From assembly GCF_038561965.1 (NCBI RefSeq), contig NZ_CP139348.1:1546340-1610339 (forward strand): DNA of 64,000 nucleotides, in the 5' to 3' direction. Shown piece after piece: positions 18,429 through 28,704 of the stretch. The position numbers were made by a program, and so were the translations under genes. This DNA is from Stutzerimonas stutzeri (GTDB lineage: Bacteria; Pseudomonadota; Gammaproteobacteria; Pseudomonadales; Pseudomonadaceae). The notes below the pieces were generated by a model. The model did no database searches. It was not told where the DNA came from and saw only the letters and a list, made by a program, of their open reading frames with translations. Within the stretch, counting starts at the first letter, position 1. Every line of letters begins with the position of its first letter.

Positions 18429-21400
18429 CTATCGCAAGGTCAGATGCCGGCTCATCAGTGCGCGGAGCGCGGCTGGTTTGACTGGCTTGGGCAGGAAGTC
18501 CAGGCCGCTTGCATGTATCGCCGCCACCAGTTCCGGACGTCCATCGGCACTGATCACCACGCCCGGCACCGGCTCACCGAGGCGGGTGCGTAGCCAGGCC
18601 ATTAGCTCCGTACCGGTCTGGCCTTCATCCAGGTGATAGTCGACCAGAACCAGTTGTGGGCGAATGTCTTCTGCCAGCAGGTCTTCGCAGTCGGCGCGGT
18701 TGCTGGCGGTCCATACCTGACAGCCCCAGCGTGTAAGCAGGCTGTTCATGCCGACCAGAATGCTGTCTTCGTTGTCGATGCACAGGACTTGGGTACCGGT
18801 CAGTGCGGTGTGTTGCGGTTCGCCGCGTTTAACTACCGGTCGTGGCTGGCTGAGCGCGCGGGCAATCGGCACGGTGACACTGAACACGCTGCCTTTGCCC
18901 GGCCAGGAGCGTACCTCCAGTGGATGTTCGAGTACGTGGCAGAGGCCATCGGCGATGGCCAGCCCAAGGCCCAGGCCCTTCTCGGCGCGCGTCTGGTGGC
19001 TGTCCAGGCGTTTGAACTCCTCGAAGATCACTTTCAACTTGTCCTGCGGAATACCAGGGCCACGATCCCAGACCTCGAGCCGCAGCGATGCACCTTGCCG
19101 GCGCACGCCGAGTACCACTCGGCCCTTGGCGTAGCGGAAGGCGTTGGTGAGGAAGTTCTGCAGTACTCGGCGCAGCAGGCGGATGTCGCTATCGACGCGC
19201 AGCTTGCTGCTGTACACGCGGAAGTTCACACCCTGCTCGCGAGCCAGCACAGTGAACTCGGTGCTCAGGGTGTCGAACAGCGTGGCCAGCGGGAAGGGGT
19301 TGCGATCAGGGGTGACCCGGCCGCTTTCCAGGCGCGAGATGTCCAGCAGGTCGGTGATCAGGTCTTCGGCCGAACGCAGCGAGCTGTCAAGATGCTGCAC
19401 CAGTTCCTGGGCTTCAGCGGGCAACGCGCTTTGCTGGTGCGACAGCGCTGCGGAGAACAGGCGGGCAGCGTTGAGCGGCTGCATCAGGTCGTGACTGACT
19501 GCGGCGAGGAAGCGTGTTTTCGACTGGTTGGCCGCTTCCGCCGTGCTCTTGGCTTCGATCAGCGCCTGGTTGAGCTGCGACAACTCCTGAGTTCGCTCGC
19601 TGACCCGTTGTTCGAGGCCTTCGTTGGCGTCTTTCAAGGCGCGCTCGGCTTCACGGTAGGCGGTAATGTCACTGAAGCTCATGACGAAGCCGCCGCCGGG
19701 CATCGGGTTGCCGATCAGCTCGACCACCCGGCCGTTGGGGAACAGGCGCTCGGACGTATGTGCGCGGCCCTGGCGCATCCAGTACAGCCGCTTGGCCACG
19801 TGGGTGTCAGGGTCGCCCGGGCCGCATAGGCCGCGCTCGGCGTTGTAGCGGATGATGTCGGCGATCGGTCGGCCGATATAAACCAGCCCGTCTGGGTACT
19901 CGAACAGCTCGAGATAGCGATGGTTCCAGGCCACTAGCCGCAGCGACTGATCAACCACGCTGATGCCCTGGGTGATGTTTTCGATCGCGCCTTGCAGCAG
20001 TGCGCGGTTGAATTGCAGCACTTCCGAGGCTTCGCCGACGATGCGCACCACGTCGTCGACCTGCATGTCGCGTCCTTCGAGCGCCGCCTTGACCACCGCG
20101 CGGGTGGAGGACGCACCCAGCACGCCGGCGAGCAGGCGTTCGGTATGGGCAATCCATTGGCCATCGGCCTGCAGTTTGGGCGAGAAGTCCTGGCCATGGC
20201 GCCGGGCGAAGCGCTGGAAGCTCTGCTCGGCGCGTTCGGCACCGACGAAGCGCGATGCCAGCGTCAGCAGGTCTTCGACCCGTACGGCGAGCAGGCGGCG
20301 TGCGCCGGTCGGAGAGGTGATTTCCTGGCCAATGAAACGACTGGCCTGCCAATGCTCGGCTACGTGGGTTTGCGTCAGAATCGATACCCAGAAGAACAGT
20401 GTCGCGTTGCCTACCAGGGAAAGGGTCACGCCCAGGGTGAGCCCGCTGAGGCCGAAACCGAGGCCGCCGTTGTACATCCAGCTCAGGCCCGGGAACATGT
20501 CCAGCGGCCAGCCCAGCAGGGGCAGAATCAATGTGTAAAACCAGATGGCGGCACCGGCGGTCAGGCCGGCAAACACGCCGCGGCGGTTGGCCTGCTTCCA
20601 GTACAGCGCACCGACCATTGCCGGTGCCAGCTGGGTAATGGCGGCAAAGGCGATCTGCCCGATGGTGGCCAGCGACGCCGTGGAGCCGAGCAGTCGGTAG
20701 CTGACATAAGCCAGCAGCAGGATTACCACGATGCTGATACGGCGCACCGAGAGCATCCAATGGCGGAACGCCTCGAATGGGCGTTCGGTTTCCTGGCGGC
20801 GCAGCAGCCAGGGCAGCAGCATGTCGTTGGAGACCATGGTCGACAGCGCCACGCTGGCGACGATGACCATACCGGTTGCCGCCGAAGCGCCGCCGATAAA
20901 GGCGAGCAGGGCGAGCCATGGGTGCAGCTCCGCCAGCGGCAAGCTGATGACGAACGAGTCCGGTGTTACGCCTGCCGGGAGCAACATCTGCCCAGCCAGG
21001 GCGATGGGGATGACGAACACTGCGGCCAGTACCAGGTAGAGCGGGAATACCCAGCGCGCTAGACGGAAGTCGCGCGGTTCGATGTTTTCCACGACCGCAA
21101 CGTGAAATTGCCGCGGCAGGCAGACGATCGCCATCATCGCCACGGTGGTTTGCACCAGCATCGCTGACCAATTGATGTTCTCGCCCCAGAAATCCGCGAG
21201 CAGGGGAGAGTCATGGGCCTGGTTGAACAGGTCGCCGAAACCGTTGAACAGGCCGAAGGTGACGAAGGCGCCGACCGCCAGAAATGCCAGCAGTTTGACC
21301 AGCGACTCGAAGGCGATCGCCAGGACCATGCCGCGGTGGTGCTCGGTGACGTCGAGGTTGCGCGTGCCGAAGAGGATGGTGAAAAGCGCCAGAACGATCG

Positions 21401-21896
21401 AGACGATCAGGGCCGTGTCGCGTGTCCCGGTGCCCGCTGTGTCGATGTTGATACCGCTCAGCAGGTTCACGCCCAGCACAATGCCTTTCAGCTGCAGGGC
21501 GATATAGGGCAATACCCCGACCAGGCAGATCAGGGTGACCACCACTGCCAACGTCTGCGACTTGCCGTAGCGCGCGGCAATGAAGTCGGCGATCGAGGTG
21601 ATGTTCTCCTGCTTGCTGATCATGATCATCTTCTGGATCACGTGCGGGGCGAACAGCATCAGCAGGATCGGGCCAAGATAGATCGGCAGGAACGCCCACA
21701 GCTGCTCGGCGGATTGACCGACTGCGCCGAAGAACGTCCAGCTGGTGCAATACACCGCCAGCGACAGGCTGTAGACCCAGGGGCGCAAACGCGGCGACAT
21801 GGAGTCGCGATTGCGGTCGCCGTAGAAGGCGATGGCGAACAGAATGGCCATATAGACGAGGGCGACCGCAGCGATCAGCCCGCCTGACAGCGTCAT
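18429..21896 (-). CDS. hybrid sensor histidine kinase with N-terminal sodium:solute symporter (SSF) domain, PAS, HisKA/HATPase and C-terminal receiver domain (CrbS/MxtR-type)
   Basis: ~13 transmembrane segments of SSF type at the N-terminus, H-box AVSHDLMQPLN, G-boxes, and a receiver domain VLVDYHLDEG. Start at the ATG of MTLSGGLIAAV, internal to the longer TTG-initiated ORF. Confidence 0.85.
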   Translation of the reverse strand: MTLSGGLIAAVALVYMAILFAIAFYGDRNRDSMSPRLRPWVYSLSLAVYCTSWTFFGAVGQSAEQLWAFLPIYLGPILLMLFAPHVIQKMIMISKQENITSIADFIAARYGKSQTLAVVVTLICLVGVLPYIALQLKGIVLGVNLLSGINIDTAGTGTRDTALIVSIVLALFTILFGTRNLDVTEHHRGMVLAIAFESLVKLLAFLAVGAFVTFGLFNGFGDLFNQAHDSPLLADFWGENINWSAMLVQTTVAMMAIVCLPRQFHVAVVENIEPRDFRLARWVFPLYLVLAAVFVIPIALAGQMLLPAGVTPDSFVISLPLAELHPWLALLAFIGGASAATGMVIVASVALSTMVSNDMLLPWLLRRQETERPFEAFRHWMLSVRRISIVVILLLAYVSYRLLGSTASLATIGQIAFAAITQLAPAMVGALYWKQANRRGVFAGLTAGAAIWFYTLILPLLGWPLDMFPGLSWMYNGGLGFGLSGLTLGVTLSLVGNATLFFWVSILTQTHVAEHWQASRFIGQEITSPTGARRLLAVRVEDLLTLASRFVGAERAEQSFQRFARRHGQDFSPKLQADGQWIAHTERLLAGVLGASSTRAVVKAALEGRDMQVDDVVRIVGEASEVLQFNRALLQGAIENITQGISVVDQSLRLVAWNHRYLELFEYPDGLVYIGRPIADIIRYNAERGLCGPGDPDTHVAKRLYWMRQGRAHTSERLFPNGRVVELIGNPMPGGGFVMSFSDITAYREAERALKDANEGLEQRVSERTQELSQLNQALIEAKSTAEAANQSKTRFLAAVSHDLMQPLNAARLFSAALSHQQSALPAEAQELVQHLDSSLRSAEDLITDLLDISRLESGRVTPDRNPFPLATLFDTLSTEFTVLAREQGVNFRVYSSKLRVDSDIRLLRRVLQNFLTNAFRYAKGRVVLGVRRQGASLRLEVWDRGPGIPQDKLKVIFEEFKRLDSHQTRAEKGLGLGLAIADGLCHVLEHPLEVRSWPGKGSVFSVTVPIARALSQPRPVVKRGEPQHTALTGTQVLCIDNEDSILVGMNSLLTRWGCQVWTASNRADCEDLLAEDIRPQLVLVDYHLDEGQTGTELMAWLRTRLGEPVPGVVISADGRPELVAAIHASGLDFLPKPVKPAALRALMSRHLTLR

Positions 21897-22171
21897 GCAA
21901 ACTCCAGAAAACGAAGGACAAGTGCCAGGTTGGCTTCGGGGGCCGTGGGCCGCGCCGAATTTAATCAGCCCTGGTGACTCATTAATATGCTGAATTGGCG
22001 AAGTTTCGCAGCAATGGTGCGCTCGTGTGCAGGGTTGCGACCAAGGTCGCATGTGTCTAGGACGGGCGCGCCAGCAGCATCGCCGATCGTCTGTGAAGCC
22101 CACATGTCGCAAAGCATCGGTTACTGTCTGGGCATCCGGCAGTCGCTCGCAGCCAATAACAGGAGAATGTC

Positions 22172-22732
22172 ATGCTCATCCCGCATCCGGTAACCCTGCA
22201 GCGTGGGGCGTTACGCCTGGAGCCGCTGATGGAGGCGGACATTCCAGAGCTGGTTACGTTGGCTGAACGGAACCGCGACGAGCTGGCATTCATGAGCGGT
22301 CCGCTGCGTCCCGATTGGTATCGCCACGCTCTGGCTGAGCAGCGTGACGGGCGTGCCGTCGTGTTCAGCGTGCGGATGGCAGAGCGACTGATCGGCACAA
22401 CCCGCTTCGCCGATTTCGTCAGCAGCTTGCCGGCAGCCGAGCTGGGCTGGACCTGGCTGGATAAGGCGGAGCATGGCACCGGGCTCAACGCTTCGATCAA
22501 ATTCCTGTTGCTGCGCCATGCGTTCGAGGAATGGCAGCTGGTGCGGCTGCAGCTGAAGACCGCGGCCAGCAACCTGCGCTCGCAGCGAGCCATCGAGAAG
22601 CTCGGCGCCGCTCGCGAAGGCGTGTTGCGCAATCATCGCCGGCTTGCGGATGGCCGTTTGGACGATACCGTCCTCTATAGCATCACCGACCGCGATTGGC
22701 CGCAGGTTCGGCAACGCCTCGCGGCCGATTGA
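22172..22732 (+). CDS. GNAT family N-acetyltransferase (RimJ/RimL-like)
   Basis: GNAT fold motifs. RBS aacaggaga upstream. Confidence 0.8.
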   Translation: MLIPHPVTLQRGALRLEPLMEADIPELVTLAERNRDELAFMSGPLRPDWYRHALAEQRDGRAVVFSVRMAERLIGTTRFADFVSSLPAAELGWTWLDKAEHGTGLNASIKFLLLRHAFEEWQLVRLQLKTAASNLRSQRAIEKLGAAREGVLRNHRRLADGRLDDTVLYSITDRDWPQVRQRLAAD

Positions 22733-22892
22733 CTATCGGCAAGGCGGCGCTCCGCATCGCCTGGTCCGCCCAGTTCGGTTATCGTGCGGTGCTTTGCCGC
22801 ACGGTCCGCTCAATTTGTCCGTCGTCGCTGCCGTGCCGTTCCACTCGGCTGGCGGCTGATGGTCATCGTGATGAGGGTTACAAGGAGTTCTG

Positions 22893-23609
22893 ATGTCCCG
22901 CTCGCAAGAGTTCGTCTGCGGTTGCCGCGACATATTGCCGTTGATCCTCGGCGCTATTCCGTTCGGGGTGATCTTCGGCACGCTGGCGATAGGCGCCGGA
23001 TTGTCTGGTTGGCAAACCATGGGCATGTCCGCGCTGGTTTTCGCCGGCTCCGCCCAGTTCATAGCCGTCACGCTGATCACCGGCGGGGTAGGGGCTGCAG
23101 TGGTGCTGCTGACGACCTTCGTCGTGAACTTGCGGCATGCGCTGTATAGCGCCGCGCTGCAGCCATTCGTTCGTCATTTGCCCGGACGCTGGCGAGCGCC
23201 GTTGGCCTTCTGGCTGACTGACGAGGCGTTCGCCGTGGTACAGAACCGCTACGCCCGTGACGATGGTTCGCCCTACAAACACTGGTTCTTCCTAGGAGCC
23301 GCCTTGACGATGTACATCAGCTGGCAGCTTTCGACGCTGGTGGGTGTCGCCTTTGGTCGGGCCGTTCCGGATATCGCCCGCTGGGGCCTGGACTTCGCCA
23401 TGATCGCCACCTTCATCGGTATCGCCGTGCCGATGATGCGCACCCGGCCGCAAGTGGCCTCGGCACTGGTTGCCGGTGCGGTGGCGCTGTTGACCTGGGA
23501 GATGCCTTACAAGCTCGGTCTGATCGCCGCTGCGATGGCTGGCATCGTTGTCGGCGTCTGGCTGGAGCGCCGGGCCGAGATAGATGCGCGACTGCAGGGG
23601 GCGTCATGA
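22893..23609 (+). CDS. azlC: AzlC family branched-chain amino acid permease subunit
   Basis: AzlC family membrane protein. RBS caaggag. Its stop overlaps the azlD start (ATGA). Confidence 0.8.
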   Translation: MSRSQEFVCGCRDILPLILGAIPFGVIFGTLAIGAGLSGWQTMGMSALVFAGSAQFIAVTLITGGVGAAVVLLTTFVVNLRHALYSAALQPFVRHLPGRWRAPLAFWLTDEAFAVVQNRYARDDGSPYKHWFFLGAALTMYISWQLSTLVGVAFGRAVPDIARWGLDFAMIATFIGIAVPMMRTRPQVASALVAGAVALLTWEMPYKLGLIAAAMAGIVVGVWLERRAEIDARLQGAS

Positions 23610-23932
23610 GCACCTGGCTGCTGATCCTTGGCATGCTGGCGATCACCTTCGTGACTCGCTACAGCTTCTTTGCCTGGCCCAATCTGCGTTTTCCCCGCGC
23701 CATCGAGCAGGGGCTGCATTACGTGCCAGTGGCAGTGCTTACCGCCATCGTGGTGCCTGGCATGCTGATGCCGGAAGGGGAGTGGGCCCTGCACTGGAAC
23801 AATGCCTACCTGCTTGCAGGCCTCCTGGCTATCGCTATCGCTACCTTAAGCCGCAATCTGCTGGCGACAATCGCCGGCGGGCTGCTGAGTTTCTTCCTGC
23901 TGCGCTGGGCCTTTGGGCAGTTACCGATATGA
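23606..23932 (+). CDS. azlD: AzlD family protein
   Basis: 108-aa four-TM protein translationally coupled to azlC. Its stop overlaps the next start (ATGA). Confidence 0.75.
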   Translation: MSTWLLILGMLAITFVTRYSFFAWPNLRFPRAIEQGLHYVPVAVLTAIVVPGMLMPEGEWALHWNNAYLLAGLLAIAIATLSRNLLATIAGGLLSFFLLRWAFGQLPI

Positions 23933-25341
23933 GCCAGATATCTCCTGATGCGGATTTGCGCCGGCCGACGCTGGCTGACGGGCCGGCTGCCACGCATTCG
24001 CAGTTTCGCTTGCTCGGCAAGCGCCGCTTCTTGCCATTTTTCTGCACCCAATTGCTTGGCGCATTTAACGACAATGTGTTCAAGCAGGCGCTGATCCTGG
24101 CGATTCTGTTCAAGCTTGGCACTGCCGCGGACACCAGCCTGCTGATCAATCTCTGTGCGCTGCTTTTTATCCTGCCGTTCTTCCTGTTCTCTGCGCTCGG
24201 CGGGCAGTTCGGTGAGCGTTTCGAGAAAGCCTGGTTGATTCGCCGGATCAAGTTCGCCGAGATCTTGATCATGCTCGTCGGCGCCGTCGGCATGTTGCTT
24301 GGCAATCTGCCGATGCTGCTTGTAGTGCTGTTCTGCATGGGCACGCAATCGGCGCTGTTCGGACCGGTCAAGTATTCGATCCTGCCGCAGCAGCTCGCCG
24401 AAGATGAGCTAGTCGGTGGCAACGCGCTGGTGGAGATGGGCACCTTTCTGGCGATTCTCGGCGGCACCATCGGCGCCGGTGTGTTGATGGCGAACGAAGC
24501 CTATGCCGAACTGGTGGCGGTCAGCGTCGTGCTGATCGCGCTGGCCGGGTATCTGGCAAGCCTTGCTATTCCCGGCGGAACGGCCGCCCTGCCGACCCTG
24601 CATATGGATTGGCACGTACTGCGCCAGTCATGGCGAATCCTGCGGCTCGGGTTCGGTCAGCAGCGTGCCGTGTCGCGTGCGATGCTCGGCAACTCGTGGT
24701 TCTGGTTTCTCGGCGCGACTTATCTGACGCAAATTCCAGCGTTCGCCAAGGAGCATCTGAGCGGCGATGAAAGCGTCGTGACGCTGATCCTTACGCTGTT
24801 CTCGGTCGGCATTGCGCTGGGTTCACTGCTATGCGAACGGCTGTCACGACATCATGTGGAGATCGGTCTGGTGCCATTCGGTGCTATCGGGCTGAGCCTG
24901 TGCGGCGTGTTGCTGTGGTGGCATGCGGGCGGCCATGTGGCGCCAGCGACAACCGTTAGCTGGCTGGCTTTGCTCGGCGAGCCATCAGCCTGGTGGATAC
25001 TGGCGGACATTCTTGGGCTGGGTATTTTCGGTGGGCTGTATATCGTCCCGCTGTTCGCCCTGATTCAGTCGCGTAGCGTGGTTCATGAGCGTTCGCGGGT
25101 GGTCGCGGCGAATAACATCCTCAACGCTTTATTCATGGTTATGTCAGCCATCATCGCAATCGTGTTGCTGGTGCTGCTTGAACTGTCGATACCGCAGCTT
25201 TTCCTCGTGGTCTCGCTGCTCAGCGTACTGGTCTGTGGCGCGCTGTTCATCGATGCGCCGGAGTTTATCGAGCGTTTTCTCATCTGGTCGCTGGGGGAGC
25301 GGCTGGGCGGGGCGGTGCTGGTGCGGCTGACGTTGCGCTGA
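23929..25341 (+). CDS. MFS transporter (LplT-like lysophospholipid transporter-type)
   Basis: 12-TM MFS protein. The ATG at 23929 overlaps the azlD stop. Confidence 0.8.
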   Translation: MSQISPDADLRRPTLADGPAATHSQFRLLGKRRFLPFFCTQLLGAFNDNVFKQALILAILFKLGTAADTSLLINLCALLFILPFFLFSALGGQFGERFEKAWLIRRIKFAEILIMLVGAVGMLLGNLPMLLVVLFCMGTQSALFGPVKYSILPQQLAEDELVGGNALVEMGTFLAILGGTIGAGVLMANEAYAELVAVSVVLIALAGYLASLAIPGGTAALPTLHMDWHVLRQSWRILRLGFGQQRAVSRAMLGNSWFWFLGATYLTQIPAFAKEHLSGDESVVTLILTLFSVGIALGSLLCERLSRHHVEIGLVPFGAIGLSLCGVLLWWHAGGHVAPATTVSWLALLGEPSAWWILADILGLGIFGGLYIVPLFALIQSRSVVHERSRVVAANNILNALFMVMSAIIAIVLLVLLELSIPQLFLVVSLLSVLVCGALFIDAPEFIERFLIWSLGERLGGAVLVRLTLR

Positions 25342-25380
25342 TGCAGGAGTAGGGGCGCTGATTAGCGCCCCGAGCGGGTA

Positions 25381-26301
25381 TCAGACGCCCTGCGGAACCT
25401 CCTCGCCGCCGAACGCTTCGAACAGTGCCGGCAGGAACTCGCGGAAGGTCATCATCATCAGCAGGAAGCTGGCGTCCTGCTGAGCGAGCGCATCGTCACC
25501 GCCATCCTGTTCGGCCTGGTCTTGCAGCAATTCCTCGAAGCGCAGGCGCTTGATGATCAGCTTGTCGTCCAGTACGAACGAGAGCTTGTCCTGCCAGGCC
25601 AGGGAAAGCTGAGTGACCTGCTTGCCGGCTTCCATATGCTGCTGAATTTCGTCGCTGGTCAGATCCTGGCGCTTGCAGCGCACCACGCCACCGTCTTCAT
25701 GGGTATCACGCAATTCGCATTCGTCGAGCACGAAGAAGTCATCCGCAGCCTTTTGCGTCTTCACCCAGTCGGTGAGTGTGGCGCTTGGTGCGATCTTCAC
25801 CGTCAATGGGCGCACCGGCAGCGAGCCAATGGCTTCGCGCAGGGTGGATAGCAGATCTTCGGCTTTCTTCGCGCTGGCGGAGTTCACCAGGATCAGGCCG
25901 CGCTCGGCGTCGATAGCGGCAAAGGTGCCGGATTTGCGAATGAAGGCGCGGGGCAGGAAGGCCTGGATGATCTCGTCCTTGATCTGGTCGCGCTCCTTCT
26001 TGTAGACCTTGCGCATCTGCTCCGCTTCGATCTCGTCGATCTTGTCCTTTACAGCGTCCTTGACCACGCTGCCCGGCAGGATGCGTTCTTCCTTGCGCGT
26101 TGAGATCAACAGAAACCCCTGGCTGACATGCACCAGCGGGGCGTCTTCGCCTTTTCCGAAAGGTGCGACGAAGCCGTAGGTGCTCAGCTCCTGGCTGGCG
26201 CAGGGGCGGGCGGGTTTGGCGGCCAGTGCAGCTTCGAGTGTCTCGGCATCTAGAGCGACATTTTGGGTGAGACGGTAAACGAGCAGATTACGAAACCACA
26301 T
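25381..26301 (-). CDS. rdgC: recombination-associated protein RdgC
   Basis: [11 protein letters not shown]... a typical RdgC N-terminus, 306 aa. Confidence 0.9.
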   Translation of the reverse strand: MWFRNLLVYRLTQNVALDAETLEAALAAKPARPCASQELSTYGFVAPFGKGEDAPLVHVSQGFLLISTRKEERILPGSVVKDAVKDKIDEIEAEQMRKVYKKERDQIKDEIIQAFLPRAFIRKSGTFAAIDAERGLILVNSASAKKAEDLLSTLREAIGSLPVRPLTVKIAPSATLTDWVKTQKAADDFFVLDECELRDTHEDGGVVRCKRQDLTSDEIQQHMEAGKQVTQLSLAWQDKLSFVLDDKLIIKRLRFEELLQDQAEQDGGDDALAQQDASFLLMMMTFREFLPALFEAFGGEEVPQGV

Positions 26302-26464
26302 GGCGGGGTAGATCTCCGGAAAGCAAAGGGGTGCATTATTCCTGCCTGGCTACTTAAGGCCAACCCTGGATGAAGTGAATGGGCTGTGAGCTGTAAAAAA
26401 CACCGGTTTAACGAGGGTTTTCCTAAGTCTTTGGAACTTCTGCAATTTTTTTTTCGAAAGGGGG

Positions 26465-26493
26465 TTGCCAAGGTGCAGAACCCTCTCTAGAAT
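26465..26493 (+). promoter_or_regulatory. strong sigma70-type promoter for the tRNA-Val/tRNA-Asp operon
   Basis: -35 ttgcca (26465-26470), 17-nt spacer, -10 tagaat (26488-26493). An AT-rich UP-like tract (ctgcaatttttttttcgaaa) lies upstream. Confidence 0.5.
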
Positions 26494-26515
26494 GCGCCCC
26501 ACTTCGAGAGCAAAC

Positions 26516-26591
26516 GGGTGATTAGCTCAGCTGGGAGAGCATCTGCCTTACAAGCAGAGGGTCGGCGGTTCGATCCCGTCATCACCCACCA
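26516..26591 (+). tRNA. tRNA-Val (anticodon TAC)
   Basis: 76-nt cloverleaf: acceptor gggtgat/atcaccc, anticodon loop ccttacaag, T-loop ggttcgatcc, CCA encoded. Confidence 0.92.
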
Positions 26592-26604
26592 CTCGAGGTT
26601 TAGC

Positions 26605-26681
26605 GCAGCGGTAGTTCAGTCGGTTAGAATACCGGCCTGTCACGCCGGGGGTCGCGGGTTCGAGTCCCGTCCGCTGCGCCA
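26605..26681 (+). tRNA. tRNA-Asp (anticodon GTC)
   Basis: 77-nt cloverleaf: acceptor gcagcgg/ccgctgc, anticodon loop cctgtcacg, T-loop gggttcgagtccc, CCA encoded. Confidence 0.92.
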
Positions 26682-26720
26682 TATTCGCTTTATGGGTCCA
26701 CTGAACACCTTGAAGCAACG

Positions 26721-26749
26721 AAAAAACGGCCTTTTAGGCCGTTTTTTTT
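26721..26749 (+). terminator. rho-independent terminator of the tRNA operon
   Basis: aaaaaacggcc tttta ggccgtttttttt. Confidence 0.6.
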
Positions 26750-26938
26750 GCCTGATTTTTTACTGGGGTGGCCGTTGCCTCCCCAGTCCGGTCCTCGCGG
26801 CGGAAATGTTACGTGCTTCCTTTCTTTGCCATCTCTTTACGATCCTTGCCGGGAGGCGCGGTAGCCACTGCCGGTGTGCGCTGCTAAGCTCGGGCACTGA
26901 TTTTTTCGATATGCCCACAGCGTAATTAAGGAAACAGC

Positions 26939-27688
26939 ATGAGACTGAGACACCATCGTTTGGCACCTGCGGTTGCGCTGGTTGGCCTGGTACTGGCCGG
27001 CTGCGACTCGCAGACCAGTGCCAAGCTCGACACTCCGGCGCAGAAGGCGTCCTACGGCATCGGCCTGAACATGGGCAAGAGCCTCGCGCAGGAGGGTATG
27101 GATGATCTCGATTCCCAAGCTGTGGCGCAGGGCATCGAAGACGCCATCGGCAACAAAGAGCAGAAGCTTACCGATGAGCAGCTGATGGAAGCATTCACCT
27201 TCCTGCAGACTCGCGCCGAAGAGCGCATGACTGAGATGAACGCCAAGGCGGTCGAGGCCGGCAAGAAATTCCTCGAAGACAACGCCAAGCGTGACGGTGT
27301 GAAGACCACAGAGTCGGGGCTGCAGTACGAAGTTGTCAAAGCGGCCGAAGGTCGTCAGCCGACCGAGAGCGACGTGGTGACCGTGCACTACGAGGGCAGC
27401 CTGACTGACGGCACCGTCTTCGACAGCTCGATCAAGCGCGGCAGCCCGATCGACCTGCCGGTCGGCGGCGTGATCCCTGGTTGGGTCGAAGGTCTGCAGC
27501 TGATGCACGTCGGCGAGAAATACAAACTCTACATCCCGAGCGAACTGGCCTACGGCGAGCAGAGCCCGAGCCCGCTGATTCCAGCCAATTCGGTGCTGGT
27601 GTTCGATCTCGAGCTGCTGGATATCAAGGGCGAGGCGGCTGAGCAGCCATCAGCCGAGCAGCCTGCTGAAGCGGCAGAGCAGCAGTAA
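26939..27688 (+). CDS. fklB: FKBP-type peptidyl-prolyl cis-trans isomerase (FkpA/FklB-like) lipoprotein
   Basis: Lipobox LAGC, an N-terminal dimerisation helix and a C-terminal FKBP domain (VTVHYEGSLTDGTVFDSS...). RBS aaggaaacagc. Confidence 0.85.
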   Translation: MRLRHHRLAPAVALVGLVLAGCDSQTSAKLDTPAQKASYGIGLNMGKSLAQEGMDDLDSQAVAQGIEDAIGNKEQKLTDEQLMEAFTFLQTRAEERMTEMNAKAVEAGKKFLEDNAKRDGVKTTESGLQYEVVKAAEGRQPTESDVVTVHYEGSLTDGTVFDSSIKRGSPIDLPVGGVIPGWVEGLQLMHVGEKYKLYIPSELAYGEQSPSPLIPANSVLVFDLELLDIKGEAAEQPSAEQPAEAAEQQ

Positions 27689-27714
27689 TAAGCGGACATT
27701 GCGTCGCTTGAAAC

Positions 27715-27748
27715 AAAAACGCCCCTACTCGATCGGGGCGTTTTTGTT
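27715..27748. terminator. bidirectional terminator shared by fklB (+) and bfr (-)
   Basis: aaaaacgcccc tactcgatc ggggcgttttt, with an A-run upstream and a T-run downstream. Confidence 0.6.
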
Positions 27749-27763
27749 TGATGCCTAACCGAA

Positions 27764-28234
27764 TCAGTCGTCCATCTGCGACTGCAGGTAGTTTTCCATT
27801 CCAACCTTGTCGATCAGGCTCAGTTGGGTTTCCAGCCAGTCGATGTGTTCTTCTTCCGACTCAAGGATGTCTTCCAGCAGCTCGCGGCTGCCGTAATCGC
27901 CAATGCTTTCGCAATAGGCAATGGCGACCTTAAGGTCTTGTACGCCGCCATGCTCCAGCCTCAGGTCGCACTCAAGCATCTCGCGGGTGTTTTCACCGAT
28001 CTGCAGCTTGCCCAGGTCCTGCAGGTTCGGCAGACCTTCGAGGAAGAGGATGCGCTTGATCAGCTTGTCCGCATGCTTCATCTCGTCGATGGATTCTTCG
28101 TACTCATGCTTGCCGAGCTTGCCGAGACCCCAGTCCTCATACATGCGCGCGTGCAGAAAGTACTGGTTGATGGCTACCAGCTCGTTGCCGAGAATTTTGT
28201 TGAGGTGCTGAATGACCAGCTTGTCGCCTTTCAT
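27764..28234 (-). CDS. bfr: bacterioferritin
   Basis: [36 protein letters not shown]... the classical Bfr sequence. Start at the internal ATG of the longer ORF. Confidence 0.9.
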   Translation of the reverse strand: MKGDKLVIQHLNKILGNELVAINQYFLHARMYEDWGLGKLGKHEYEESIDEMKHADKLIKRILFLEGLPNLQDLGKLQIGENTREMLECDLRLEHGGVQDLKVAIAYCESIGDYGSRELLEDILESEEEHIDWLETQLSLIDKVGMENYLQSQMDD

Positions 28235-28384
28235 GTAATTAGCCTGCCTGGAGCGGTGGGAATAGAACCAGTCTGGCCACGGCAAGGCGGGCTGTCAAAC
28301 CTAAGTCTTTGAATGCAAAAGCTAAAATCTAGCGAGAATGGTTGCGTTCCGCATCCTGGATGGCAACTGACTGATTTGCAGGCA

Positions 28385-28409
28385 TAAAAAAGCCGGGCAT
28401 CGCCCGGCT
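28385..28409 (-). terminator. terminator-like hairpin after bfd (minus strand)
   Basis: gccgggc atc gcccggc hairpin with a T-run on the minus strand (A-run on the plus strand). Confidence 0.4.
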
Positions 28410-28425
28410 ATACGGCTTCAGTCTG

Positions 28426-28644
28426 TCAAGCCTGAACGAAACTTGCTGGGTGGGCGAGGGATGCCTGGGCGTTCTGTACGTTGCTGAGTGTCTCGCGAAC
28501 GACCTGCTTGGCAACGCAAGCGCACTTGCCGCACTGGGTTGCGACACCAGTCGTTTCCCGTACTTCACGATAGCTGCAGCAGCCTTCGTAGATTGCATCG
28601 CGAATCTGGCCGTCGGTTACACCCTGGCAGAGGCAGACGTACAT
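28426..28644 (-). CDS. bfd: bacterioferritin-associated ferredoxin Bfd ([2Fe-2S])
   Basis: MYVCLCQGVTDGQIRDAI...CGKCA, the Bfd cysteine pattern. It lies directly upstream of bfr. Confidence 0.85.
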   Translation of the reverse strand: MYVCLCQGVTDGQIRDAIYEGCCSYREVRETTGVATQCGKCACVAKQVVRETLSNVQNAQASLAHPASFVQA

Positions 28645-28685
28645 AAGCACTACCCGTTAAGTTCGTTGTTGGTAGCGATGCTAAT

Positions 28686-28704
28686 CAGAATGAGAATAAT
28701 TGTC
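28686..28704. promoter_or_regulatory. Fur-box-like operator in the bfd promoter region
   Basis: cagaatgagaataattgtc matches the 19-bp Fur consensus GATAATGATAATCATTATC at 14 of 19 positions. It lies 40-60 nt upstream of the bfd start. Confidence 0.45.

Noticed and set aside
19951-21887. Several 200-400-aa ORFs in other frames inside the sensor kinase gene.
   Set aside because: They overlap a 1155-aa multi-domain kinase with clear motifs. Arg/Pro/Gly-rich compositions typical of off-frame GC-rich translation.
18429-22112. Calling the kinase CbrA and starting it at the upstream TTG (1227 aa).
   Set aside because: A C-terminal receiver domain is present, which CbrA lacks, so CrbS/MxtR-type fits better. 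The upstream 72 codons are Arg/Cys/His-rich with no RBS; the ATG at MTLSGG begins the first transmembrane helix.
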